IMG/VR virus record: IMGVR_UViG_3300032167_000083
Coordinates: 24,662 to 88,661 of that record
Direction: 5' to 3' (one strand)
From: a virus
Taxonomy: Duplodnaviria; Caudoviricetes
Length of the DNA: 64,000 nucleotides
This document shows, piece after piece, positions 1 through 8,749 of the stretch (position 1 is the stretch's first letter; each line of letters opens with the position of its first letter). A model generated the notes under the pieces. That model worked only from the letters and a program-made list of their open reading frames with translations, was not told the origin of the DNA and made no database searches. Both the position numbers and the translations under genes were made by a program.

Positions 1-158
1 GAAATCTTTCAATTTCACAAGCTTGAAAAATTATATCTTCAAATTCCTCATTCGTCATCTTGTGGTCTGATTCTAATAGATATTCATGTGGTTCAGTATC
101 ACCAAATTCACCATTTAAGAGTGGTTCATAAATATTAACATAATTTTTGAATTCCATA

Positions 159-491
159 TCACTGTTCCTCCTTATATAAGTGTTTATTTATTTCTTCCAT
201 ATTGAATTTAAATTCAGGATATTGTACATATCCACTCCAATTTGTATTTCCTGTTGATGTTCCTAAATTATTATCAATAAGCCATTGGATTATATTAGGA
301 TTATTATTAACATCAATATAAGAATAATTTTCTTCACATTTAATTCCAATATTAACTGTTAAATCTCCAAATGGCTCTGGATAACCCTCACTTGTAGTTA
401 TCATACCTACATATAAATTATCATTTTCTATATAGTTATCAAGAATTAAATAAATATCGAATTCTTTACCATATGAATTTAGTTTCAACAT
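159..491 (-). CDS. DUF4313-like phage protein
   Basis: Motifs LTVNI...YIDVNNNP..IQWL..NNLG..TG...SGYVQYPEFKFN resemble DUF4313; AAAGGAG RBS. Confidence 0.7.
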   Translation of the reverse strand: MLKLNSYGKEFDIYLILDNYIENDNLYVGMITTSEGYPEPFGDLTVNIGIKCEENYSYIDVNNNPNIIQWLIDNNLGTSTGNTNWSGYVQYPEFKFNMEEINKHLYKEEQ

Positions 492-525
492 TTTTATTTT
501 CTCCTTTCAAAAACTGTCAAATACA

Positions 526-822
526 TTACTGTTCTTCACCATCATAAACATAATCATATTTTAACCCATATAAATTTTCGTTAATTATATTTCTATGATG
601 ATTTTTAAAGTCAAATTTAAAATTTTCAATTTGTTGATTTATCGAATATGCTCGATTACTTCCATAAAACACATATTCATTTCCTTCCTTTAATTTTTTA
701 ATGATGAATTGTTTTAATTTTGTAACACTTGTTGTTGCCATAATTACATGTAATGGTTGGTCTAATACATTACAACAATATACCATATAAATTTGTTTTT
801 TAGATTTGTTCATATTATTCAC
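526..822 (-). CDS. hypothetical protein
   Basis: 98 aa ORF overlapping the end of the upstream gene, GGAGG RBS. Confidence 0.65.
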   Translation of the reverse strand: MNNMNKSKKQIYMVYCCNVLDQPLHVIMATTSVTKLKQFIIKKLKEGNEYVFYGSNRAYSINQQIENFKFDFKNHHRNIINENLYGLKYDYVYDGEEQ

Positions 823-1441
823 CTCCCTTTAATAAATTTTCTAATGTTGAAATATATCCTGAAATAATTTCAATCAAATCAAGATTTCCTGTATTCTTAA
901 ATTCATTATTAGCATCAAATAACGATTCAAGAATATTTGTTATTGTTGTAGCTGAAAGCTTTGTTTGAAAACTTTCAAATGCTTCATTAAGTTTATTAAT
1001 TTCTTGTGTTGTTCTTTTAATATAATCTTCAAACATTTGAATTGTTTTCTTTTCAACTCTCTTTATGATTTCTTCTTCATTTATATTTTGAATAATTTTT
1101 GTTGTTACTGCAAAATATCTATAATCACTATCAGTAATATTTTTATCATTTAAAAATACATTTCGTGATATACCACTTGTTTTTAAATTCCAATCTGCAC
1201 CATTTCTATGATAATTTAAATATGCAAAATTATTTTTTTCATCTTTTATAGAAATATCATAGCTTGCTGCAGTGTCTGGAATTAATTTTGCAATTTCAGA
1301 ATAAGGTTTGAGAAGATTGTATAATGTGTTTAATTTCTTAATTACAATTTGTTTTCCTTGTTTAAGACTTGTCTCTTTTGTTCTTTTAAGCTCTTCTGTG
1401 ATTTTTGTCATTTCTTCAACTTTTAATAATAATTCTTTCAT
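815..1441 (-). CDS. hypothetical coiled-coil protein
   Basis: 208 aa ORF, AAGGAG RBS. Confidence 0.75.
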   Translation of the reverse strand: MKELLLKVEEMTKITEELKRTKETSLKQGKQIVIKKLNTLYNLLKPYSEIAKLIPDTAASYDISIKDEKNNFAYLNYHRNGADWNLKTSGISRNVFLNDKNITDSDYRYFAVTTKIIQNINEEEIIKRVEKKTIQMFEDYIKRTTQEINKLNEAFESFQTKLSATTITNILESLFDANNEFKNTGNLDLIEIISGYISTLENLLKGGE

Positions 1442-1495
1442 TTTAATTTCTCCTTTTCTTTTTAAAAAATATTTTTGAAAACTGTCAAATAATTC

Positions 1496-1524
1496 TTGAC
1501 ATTTTCTTTAAAGTGTGTTATAAT
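1496..1524 (+). promoter_or_regulatory. consensus sigmaA promoter, antisense to the surrounding genes
   Basis: TTGACA(1496)-17 nt-TATAAT(1519), with extended -10 TG. Confidence 0.8.
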
Positions 1525-1530
1525 AAAATT

Positions 1531-1690
1531 AAGATAAAGAGAGGATGTTGAGTCCTCTCGATATCTGTCAGAATTAATTATCTGCAAGCAGGAATAACTA
1601 ATTCTTTTTTATGCTCGTTGTGAGTCACCGATCCTGACTCAACAACTAATTTCCAGATGGTTTCGTTTTGGAAGCCATCTTTCTTTTTTA
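1531..1690 (+). ncRNA. putative ~160 nt small antisense RNA
   Basis: Follows a perfect promoter; hairpins GAGAGGA/TCCTCTC and GAGTCA/TGACTC; ends in the terminator AGATGGTTTC..GAAGCCATCT + T-run. Confidence 0.5.
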
Positions 1691-1700
1691 GATTAACCAT
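1578..1700 (-). CDS. putative 40-aa peptide (MVNLKKKDGFQNETIWKLVVESG...)
   Basis: Manual translation; AAAGGAAGTG RBS; below the ORF-track length cutoff. Confidence 0.4.
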   Translation of the reverse strand: MVNLKKKDGFQNETIWKLVVESGSVTHNEHKKELVIPACR

Positions 1701-1760
1701 AATATCACTTCCTTTCATGTAAATTATGCTTAACGTTATTCGTCACCCAACAAAATACAA

Positions 1761-1967
1761 TTAAATCATTTCAATATTTGATGAAAATCCAAGTCTTGCA
1801 TCATTACAAACCTCATTAATTATATCTTTTCCGATATTTTCCATGGTATCTTTCCCATACAAATTACAAAGATTTTTCCAAATCTCATAATTCAACATGC
1901 CTTTTGATAAATAATAGTTAATGCTATGTACTATCATTTCCTCTTTAATCATCACTTCTGTTTTCAT
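1761..1967 (-). CDS. hypothetical protein (true start probably MKTEV)
   Basis: AAAGGAG RBS upstream of ATG at 1967. Confidence 0.55.
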   Translation of the reverse strand: MKTEVMIKEEMIVHSINYYLSKGMLNYEIWKNLCNLYGKDTMENIGKDIINEVCNDARLGFSSNIEMI

Positions 1968-2094
1968 TTTTTTCTCCTTTCGATTTCTTAATTGTTTCTT
2001 CTGCTTCTGAATATGTGTCCTCAGAACCAATGAATTCACCATTAAAATAAATTTCATAATGTCCTCTATTGTTGATAATTTCATAGTTATCCAT
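1945..2094 (-). CDS. small hypothetical protein, 49 aa (MDNYEIINNRGHYEIYFNGEFIGSEDT...)
   Basis: Manual translation; GAGGTG RBS. Confidence 0.6.
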   Translation of the reverse strand: MDNYEIINNRGHYEIYFNGEFIGSEDTYSEAEETIKKSKGEKNENRSDD

Positions 2095-2127
2095 AATATC
2101 ACCTCTTTTTCATTATATTTATATAAA

Positions 2128-2592
2128 CTACTTCAAAACACCTCTTTCTATTAGGAGTTTATATGTAGTACCAATCAACATAGCTAATTTACTATTTCTC
2201 CTTGCTTGACCTGATGAATATAAGGACCAATCAAATGTCTTTAGCAAATGGTTAACACCTGCATATGATCCCTCTCTAATATCTCTTAGATATTCATATT
2301 CATCTCTTGACAAATAGCTGCAATTGAAATATACATCATGAGCATATTCAAATTGTAAATCTGCTAATTGACTTCCTGTTTGTTTAATATTGCATTTTGA
2401 TAAATAACAATCAGGTTTCTTATTTTGAGTTGATTTCACCAAATCTCTTGTGAAATCCCAAATCCATCCTTCTTTGAATAGATTATCTTCAATATTATAA
2501 CAAAGAACTTTCTTGTTTTGTTTGTTAACTTTTAAAATGGATATAATTACCCATTTTTTGTTTATTATTGAACCGATATCATATTTAATCAT
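2128..2592 (-). CDS. hypothetical protein
   Basis: 154 aa, AGGAGG RBS. Confidence 0.75.
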   Translation of the reverse strand: MIKYDIGSIINKKWVIISILKVNKQNKKVLCYNIEDNLFKEGWIWDFTRDLVKSTQNKKPDCYLSKCNIKQTGSQLADLQFEYAHDVYFNCSYLSRDEYEYLRDIREGSYAGVNHLLKTFDWSLYSSGQARRNSKLAMLIGTTYKLLIERGVLK

Positions 2593-2607
2593 TTGATATT
2601 CCTCCTT

Positions 2608-2943
2608 TTATTTTACACTTTTTATTATATAGTTTTTATCCCAATCTGTCAACTCATCAAAGATAACAGTTATCATTGTATCTTCTTCGAATTGTTCTGG
2701 ATTGTCTGTTGTGAAGCTATATAATTTGTCATTAGGATGTCTAATAATAATTGTATTACCTTCAATTGAATGTATTGCACATTCTCTTGTTCTGTTAGAT
2801 TTAACATACAAAGGTGTGATTAATAAAGCTAAAATAGAAATAAATACAATTACCCCAAGTATTCGCTTGTTTCTCCTTTCTCTCTTTTTTCTTTGAACTT
2901 CTCTGAGGAATCTTCTTCCCTCAAATGAATAGTTTTTCTCCAT
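2608..2943 (-). CDS. membrane-anchored protein, paralog of 8199..8594
   Basis: Basic N-terminus + one TM helix + HPN..YxF...EDT domain; RBS before ATG 2943. Confidence 0.7.
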   Translation of the reverse strand: MEKNYSFEGRRFLREVQRKKRERRNKRILGVIVFISILALLITPLYVKSNRTRECAIHSIEGNTIIIRHPNDKLYSFTTDNPEQFEEDTMITVIFDELTDWDKNYIIKSVK

Positions 2944-2968
2944 AACTATTCTCCTTTCGTAAAATATT

Positions 2969-3026
2969 AGAGTGTTGACCACTCAAGTAAAGCTTAATAA
3001 TATTAAACTTGACTTCAATAGTCAAC
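2969..3026 (-). repeat. G.G-mismatch stem-loop + ACTCT motif, copy 1
   Basis: Minus strand GTTGACTATT-G-AAGT...ACTT-G-AGTGGTCAAC-ACTCT. Confidence 0.6.
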
Positions 3027-3730
3027 TGCGGAAATCCAGAAATTTCGCCTATATAGAGTTTTATTTTTAAAAATATTCAGTTTGAAAATATTTTTCTATT
3101 TTTTAATCGCCCTATAACATTAAACCCTCTGGGATTTTCACAAAACCCATACAGTATTTCACAATAAACCATAGGCTGTCTGGGATAAAATGTTTTGTCT
3201 TTCTTTAAAACATTGCCAACATTACCTAACACACCGAGTCCTTCCTGTTCCACTGTACTTTTTCACCTCCTTATCTTATGTACAAGGTGGATTTCCCACA
3301 CCAAATAGTTCTTTGAAGGGTGAACATTTCAATTTCCCATGTAAACAAATTCAAATAATTAACACGCATAGCCTTCCACAACTATGCATATTAATTGTGT
3401 ATTTTTGAATTTGCTGAGATATTATATAATATCTCTTTAAACACATCAGAAATTATTTCTATATTTCTAATATGCTTAAAGAGACACTACATAAGTGCCT
3501 CTTGTTTTTTATTAGTCGAACTTTGTAGCCCAACCACTATCATCTCTTTCTGGATTGTACATTTAAATCACCTCCATATTCTCATCAGAGTATTTTAACT
3601 CTTTTGAGTAATATTCCTCTATTGATATCTTTCCATCAAGATAATCTTTATCTCTTTGAGAAAGTCCATCATAGTCTTTAAGTGATAAATAACAATATAA
3701 TGAATATGCATTCATTTTCAATACATCCTT

Positions 3731-4036
3731 TCATATAGTATAATATTCTTCATTCCAATCATCATTGCAAGCATAATGACTTCTACCTTGTTTCTCTAAA
3801 GAATAAGTACTAACCTTGATTTCTCCACAATGTCCTTCTGTTACAATCTCTGCAACAAAATCCATATATTCTGGATTATCATTATTATACTTATTTTTTA
3901 TAAGCATATGGATATATTTATTTTTGTAAGAAGAATCAACATAATAATAACGTTTTTTATAACCATTAGTTCTCAGCCAACTTTTGATTACTCCCTTTAA
4001 TTCTCTCTTCGTTCTTCTTTCTTCTCTTGTTTTCAT
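3731..4036 (-). CDS. hypothetical protein
   Basis: ORF; GAAAGGA RBS before MKTREE. Confidence 0.65.
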   Translation of the reverse strand: MKTREERRTKRELKGVIKSWLRTNGYKKRYYYVDSSYKNKYIHMLIKNKYNNDNPEYMDFVAEIVTEGHCGEIKVSTYSLEKQGRSHYACNDDWNEEYYTI

Positions 4037-4140
4037 AATATATTTCCTTTCCCCACCAAGCCAATGGTAAATCATTATTCACTTGCTTGTATCTTTTATT
4101 ATTTTTTGTTCGCAAATAATGACTGTTTATTATGAAGTAT

Positions 4141-4225
4141 AGAGTATTAAATACTCAATCGAGAACAAGATAATGTGTTGCTTGTGATGTTATATCTTAC
4201 TCTTGCTCTCTGTTCAGTATTTAAT
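4141..4225 (-). repeat. G.G-mismatch stem-loop + ACTCT motif, copy 2
   Basis: ATTAAATACT-G-AACAGAGAGCAAGA...TCTTGTTCTCGATT-G-AGTATTTAAT-ACTCT. Confidence 0.7.
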
Positions 4226-4406
4226 GATTAATTACACTCATAATACAATACGTTTTTCCATCGGATACTTTTACATAATATGGTCCTGCAAAACTATAAA
4301 ACACTTTTGCGTTCGGAAAAAGTTTTTTGACAGCCAGTTTTGGTGTTCTGGCTTCTACTTCAATAGTAGGACCTTTTTCGTTTTCTAATGTTAATGTAAA
4401 TTTCAT
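4221..4406 (-). CDS. small hypothetical protein (MKFTLTLENEKG...)
   Basis: AAAGGAG RBS before ATG 4406. Confidence 0.6.
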   Translation of the reverse strand: MKFTLTLENEKGPTIEVEARTPKLAVKKLFPNAKVFYSFAGPYYVKVSDGKTYCIMSVINH

Positions 4407-4484
4407 ATCAATTACTCCTTTCTTGACCCTTATACGTATAGGAAGATATGTATTGAAACCCATACAAGAGTTTATTTTTTCTTT

Positions 4485-4565
4485 AGAGTATTAAATACTC
4501 AAAAAGAGAGAGGAACATTTATTCCGCAATTCCGCATTGTTCCTCTCCTATTTTCAGTATTTAAT
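4485..4565 (-). repeat. G.G-mismatch stem-loop + ACTCT motif, copy 3
   Basis: ATTAAATACT-G-AAAATAGGAGAGGAACA...TGTTCCTCTCTCTTTTT-G-AGTATTTAAT-ACTCT. Confidence 0.7.
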
Positions 4566-5386
4566 TATTTAACTGACAATAATTCAAAAAGAGTATTGGC
4601 TTTTTCAAAATCATTACCTTTATATATTACTCCTTTATTTTCAAGCAATACCTCTACTTCTGAAATTTTTCCTTTTCCATCATCAGATATCGAAAAGATA
4701 TAGATTAATGCTATGTATTCATTTTCGTTTGTTTTACCAAACCTATCCATACTTGCGGCTTGTACGAACAAAGAATGTTCTTCATCTGTTATATAGTCTA
4801 TTGGATAGCATTTTCCTTCAATTACTCTGTATTCACCTTTGTACCCATCTGTCAACATGAACTCTTGATATAAACTACCATCTTCATCAACATGCCATTC
4901 AAATGGATCTGGAGAATACATATCTCGCATCATAGCTTCTTCATTGTCGTCTATACGTTTCTTTGAACGTATTCCGTTGCCACCATTATATAAGCGTTCC
5001 CAACGGATATCTCTTCCTGCTGTTTTGCTCTTGCCGTAATTGAGGTAATCTTTACCTCTTATGTTTCGAGATTTGTGAAAAATATTTGCTTTACGTGTTC
5101 TTCTTCTGGCTTCTTTATTTGGATTAACAAATAATTCATTATCCAGAAGGTTATCTTCTTCTTCAAACAGCATCATTATTTCATATGCTTTGAAATCATC
5201 ATACAAATCTCCGAAAAGACTCGCTTCATCGATGCCACTTAAATTTGTTTCTAATTCCTCAAGTCTTGAGGTTTTTTCTGTTTCTTTTTTGTTGTTTTCT
5301 ACAACAAGTTCCTCCACTGCTGCCTCAAATAAAGCTTTATCAAAAGCTTCTTCTGCTTTCAGCAATGCTTTTTCTAATGTTGTCAT
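4565..5386 (-). CDS. hypothetical early protein (acidic N-terminus, basic middle)
   Basis: 273 aa, GAAAGGA RBS. Confidence 0.8.
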   Translation of the reverse strand: MTTLEKALLKAEEAFDKALFEAAVEELVVENNKKETEKTSRLEELETNLSGIDEASLFGDLYDDFKAYEIMMLFEEEDNLLDNELFVNPNKEARRRTRKANIFHKSRNIRGKDYLNYGKSKTAGRDIRWERLYNGGNGIRSKKRIDDNEEAMMRDMYSPDPFEWHVDEDGSLYQEFMLTDGYKGEYRVIEGKCYPIDYITDEEHSLFVQAASMDRFGKTNENEYIALIYIFSISDDGKGKISEVEVLLENKGVIYKGNDFEKANTLFELLSVK

Positions 5387-5488
5387 ATTAAATCATTCCT
5401 TTCGTTTAACTTATGTACCCATCTCATAAGACTACACCTATGACACTGAGCTATGCTCAAAATGTAGTTTTGTAATTATATCAGGTAT

Positions 5489-5550
5489 AGAGTAATTTAA
5501 TACTCAAGCAAGCACACGATAAAGCTCGTATGCTTAATCAGTATTAAATT
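5489..5550 (-). repeat. G.G-mismatch stem-loop + ACTCT motif, copy 4
   Basis: AATTTAATACT-G-ATTAAGCA...TGCTTGCTT-G-AGTATTAAATT-ACTCT. Confidence 0.7.
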
Positions 5551-5725
5551 GTAATCAAGAATATCAAGTCGCTTTAGGTAAAAATGAGACAACTCAGCAA
5601 TATCTGAGGTGGTTGCTCCGTCTTTGCTAAAGATATTCTCTAAAGGAATATATCCTCTTTAAATCACACAATAAAACTCGTATGATTTAAGGAAGAGGGT
5701 TCAAGCTGAACCCATTCCTGTTTTA

Positions 5726-6631
5726 TTATCTTTTTAATAACCAATCTGAAATTGATAATACTTTTTTGTTGGTTGATTGACCTGAATTAACAGTTAACCA
5801 TCTCTGGTATTCTAATTCACCATAATGATTAACAATATAATCAACAGCAGCACCTAATGTGCTGAATCTCTCTGCCCAAAGAGTGTTACTGTCACTCTTT
5901 TCGAACCAATACAAATCAACTTTATCTGTGTTTGGATAACACAATATAACAGCAGGCTCTGTATTTGTCCACCCAAACCCTATCGCTTTAAAACATTTTG
6001 AGATATTGTATCTCATCATATTTAAACGATATTCCATTTCTTGTGCCTTTTCCAAGCTGTTAAATTTTTGTTCTTGAAGTACTGGAGCAAAAGGAACATT
6101 AAGTTTGTAACTCTTTTCAATAAGAGCATACATCTCTTCCTCATTGCCCAAATCATCATAGACAGTTGTTTTACCATCTAATTTAATTTCCTCTGTAATC
6201 GTATTAGAAATCTTATTGATGATAACAGGACGATTATCTGACTTCAATAACTCAGAGAGCTTTTTAGCAGCTTCTTCAGCTTCTTTGATAAGCTCATCTG
6301 TTGTCCATTTATGTCCATCAGAGGCATAATTGAATGTCATATAATCTCCATAATGAGCATAATCCCATCCAATCCATACTCCATCAGGATGATAATCTAA
6401 CTTACCATTAAAAGTAAGTCCACCATGTACATCTAATGGAATCTCATCATAATGAGTATTCTCATATTTAGTACCCTTAACATTGAGGTAAGTACATGGA
6501 TGTGTTCCAAGATTAAGAATAATCCATTCTACATCATCTGTAGTTCCTGTAGCTAAAGGTCCTACATATCTGGTTTCTCTGCTGTAGTTCATTTCTACAA
6601 TCTTGTGTGTTCTGTTCATGTTCTTTTTCAT
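5726..6631 (-). CDS. conserved-looking phage protein of unknown function (HPCxY...VHGGLTF...WIGWDYAH domain)
   Basis: His/Cys-rich N-terminal motif set; RBS before MKKNMN. Confidence 0.75.
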   Translation of the reverse strand: MKKNMNRTHKIVEMNYSRETRYVGPLATGTTDDVEWIILNLGTHPCTYLNVKGTKYENTHYDEIPLDVHGGLTFNGKLDYHPDGVWIGWDYAHYGDYMTFNYASDGHKWTTDELIKEAEEAAKKLSELLKSDNRPVIINKISNTITEEIKLDGKTTVYDDLGNEEEMYALIEKSYKLNVPFAPVLQEQKFNSLEKAQEMEYRLNMMRYNISKCFKAIGFGWTNTEPAVILCYPNTDKVDLYWFEKSDSNTLWAERFSTLGAAVDYIVNHYGELEYQRWLTVNSGQSTNKKVLSISDWLLKR

Positions 6632-6765
6632 AGCTTTAACCTTTCCCTCACCTATCCAATGAGTCAACTCTAACCATGCAGCTCTTTGAGCACTTGATAG
6701 TTTATAATATATTTACTCACCATCAGAGTCGTTTGCTATAAATGTCCGAAATTTGTTGCCAATGA

Positions 6766-6822
6766 TGTCTGTTTCGGCTCATGCCATCATCAGGTCCTGG
6801 ACTTTTACCAGAACGACAGACA
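6766..6822 (-). ncRNA. hammerhead ribozyme, type III
   Basis: UGUCUGUC^GUUCUGG-uaaaagu-CCAGGAC-CUGAUGA-u-GGC-auga-GCC-GAA-ACAGACA; all three stems and the core are present. Confidence 0.9.
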
Positions 6823-6850
6823 AGAGGAGTTGTTTCACTCCTCTTTTTGT

Positions 6851-7018
6851 TTAACTTATCATTGCTATGGCTGATAGTATCCATATTGATGCAAATGATA
6901 CTCCGACAAAAGAGAGTAATTCAAAAAATATTTTTATATTTTCTCTCTTTTCGGCTTTTCTTTTTTCTTGTCTTGCGACAAATTCTTCTCTTGTTGATGG
7001 TGTTGTTCTTTTTTTCAT
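6851..7018 (-). CDS. small membrane protein (basic N-terminus, C-terminal TM helix)
   Basis: GGAAGGA RBS; hydrophobic C-terminus. Confidence 0.6.
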   Translation of the reverse strand: MKKRTTPSTREEFVARQEKRKAEKRENIKIFFELLSFVGVSFASIWILSAIAMIS

Positions 7019-7319
7019 AATTATTCCTTCCTTTCCACACATCAGTAAAACCCAGAAAAAGTTCCTATATAGTAAAGATTTATATGAACTTTACACTTCT
7101 GAGTTTTACTACTTCTACCCATTTCGCCCCACAGTCTAAAACTTTTATAGGAGCTTAAGAAAAGCTCAAAAGATTACTAAGAAAGTAATCAATTTACTAC
7201 TAAAATAAGTAGTTATGTACTTAAGATAAGCACTACTTCTCTTAACCTATATTACACTAATATAGGATTTAATGAAGGTTTTTCGTTCAAGGGGATAACC
7301 TACAACCCCATTTTACCTC

Positions 7320-7691
7320 CTATTGAGGAGCAACTACCAAGCATCCTAATGATGCATAATAATTGGTATCAACATCAACTTCACCATCACAATAAATTAA
7401 TGGCTCAATTGTTGTGTATTCATCTTCATATGATGCTATTCTTGAACCATAACAACATACTACTTTTAGATGAATATTACTACCAATCATATTTGATAGC
7501 TCCTCAAGAGTATATTCCTCATCATCAAGAAGAATATATCCATCTTCTGTTCCATGACAAAACATAAGTAAGCCATGAGAAGATGAATTAACTACTGCAA
7601 AGTCAGCTTGATCAAGACCAACTCTACAAACGTCATTGAATTCTTCTTGATTTATAAAGATATACTCTTTGGTACTTACACTATTAATCAT
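7320..7691 (-). CDS. acidic protein with a possible His-Cys protease dyad
   Basis: LLMFCHG ... LKVVCCYG; GGGAGG RBS. Confidence 0.6.
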   Translation of the reverse strand: MINSVSTKEYIFINQEEFNDVCRVGLDQADFAVVNSSSHGLLMFCHGTEDGYILLDDEEYTLEELSNMIGSNIHLKVVCCYGSRIASYEDEYTTIEPLIYCDGEVDVDTNYYASLGCLVVAPQ

Positions 7692-7878
7692 AGTGAATAC
7701 CTCCCTTCTGTTGTCATATCCAAAGGTTCCGACTATAGCGACAACTACTATAACCTTGCTTATATGCTCAAGACATATAAGACTAAAGGAAATCTCTTTC
7801 CTTTTACTAAACTCTATATAAAATTAACTATATAAAGTTTAATAAAAGAAAAGAGACTCATTTCTGAGCCTCATTCCT

Positions 7879-8091
7879 TTAATAAATTTCATTCCTGATA
7901 ATATCATCAGGAGTGTATTTTTTTGTAAGGAGAGCAAATTTTATAACGAATATGAAATCTGGCTCTGTTTTCCCATTTTCATAGCTCGACAAAGTCGCTC
8001 TTGTGATACCTAAAGCATCGGCAAGTTCTTGTTGAGTAAAACCAATTTTCTTTCGGGCATTTTTTATTCCGTTTGCAATATCGTATGCCAT
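7879..8091 (-). CDS. XRE-family helix-turn-helix regulator
   Basis: IKNARKKIGFTQQELADALGITRATLSSYENGKTEP. Confidence 0.92.
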   Translation of the reverse strand: MAYDIANGIKNARKKIGFTQQELADALGITRATLSSYENGKTEPDFIFVIKFALLTKKYTPDDIIRNEIY

Positions 8092-8198
8092 ATTTTTTCC
8101 TCCTATAAGTATTTTTACCTGTAAAGCTTGTTTGTGTATCACCAATTACGATTAACTAACCCGATACACTTAGATTAGTTAAAAGTTGAACATCAATT

Positions 8199-8594
8199 TT
8201 ACTCGTTAATATCTTTGATACTTACAAGCTTAAGTTCCTGTTCTAATACAGGCTTTTCGACATCTTCTATAGAAACAAGATTTTGTTCTAATACAGGCTT
8301 TTCAACATCTTCTATAGATTTTAAAACTTCTTTTGGATTTCCTGAATTAACAGTATAATCCTCTTTGTTAAGCTTTAATTCATTAAAAGATACTTTTATT
8401 ATAGTATCTTCTTTGTATAGATTACTATCATAAGCAAAGAAATCATAGTATTCTCCATTTGGATGAAGTACTGTAACTACTTTATCAGCTTCTTGAATAA
8501 CTCTACAATTTCTAACTGTATGAGCTTTACTATAGGCTGTATAACCCAATGTCATTACTACTACTAACCCTGCAACCAATAAACCTTTTTTCAT
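8199..8594 (-). CDS. membrane-anchored/secreted protein, paralog of 2608..2943
   Basis: N-terminal hydrophobic helix, HPNG.YYDF..KEDT, duplicated SIEDVEKPVLEQ. Confidence 0.7.
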   Translation of the reverse strand: MKKGLLVAGLVVVMTLGYTAYSKAHTVRNCRVIQEADKVVTVLHPNGEYYDFFAYDSNLYKEDTIIKVSFNELKLNKEDYTVNSGNPKEVLKSIEDVEKPVLEQNLVSIEDVEKPVLEQELKLVSIKDINE

Positions 8595-8660
8595 AACTTT
8601 CTCCTCAGCTCTTGATACTATCTCCACTGACCTCATCTTGAGGATTTAAATATTTTTATT

Positions 8661-8729
8661 TTTCTCCACTCTGCATTTACAAGGGCTTGTGACCTTCTAT
8701 ACTCGTCAATATAGGCTGCATTAGAGAAA
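8661..8729 (-). ncRNA. twister ribozyme (type P1)
   Basis: UUUCUCU^AA-UGCA-GC-CUAUA..UAUAG-AAGG-UCACAAGC-CCUU-GUAAA-UGCA-GAG-UGGAGAAA matches the twister consensus architecture. Confidence 0.88.
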
Positions 8730-8749
8730 GGGAGTTTTAACTCCCTTTT

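Noticed and set aside
2969-5550. Repeats as a CRISPR array or attC-like cassette sites
   Set aside because: Spacing is irregular with whole genes between copies, there are no cas genes, and there is no GTTRRRY core; treated as a structured motif instead.
4040-6667. Similar N-termini MIYHWLGGERK / MTHWIGEGK of two track ORFs
   Set aside because: Probably a shared RBS-containing leader (CATTGG..GGTG.GG.AAAGG) rather than coding sequence; the real starts are the downstream ATGs. Too short to call a motif.
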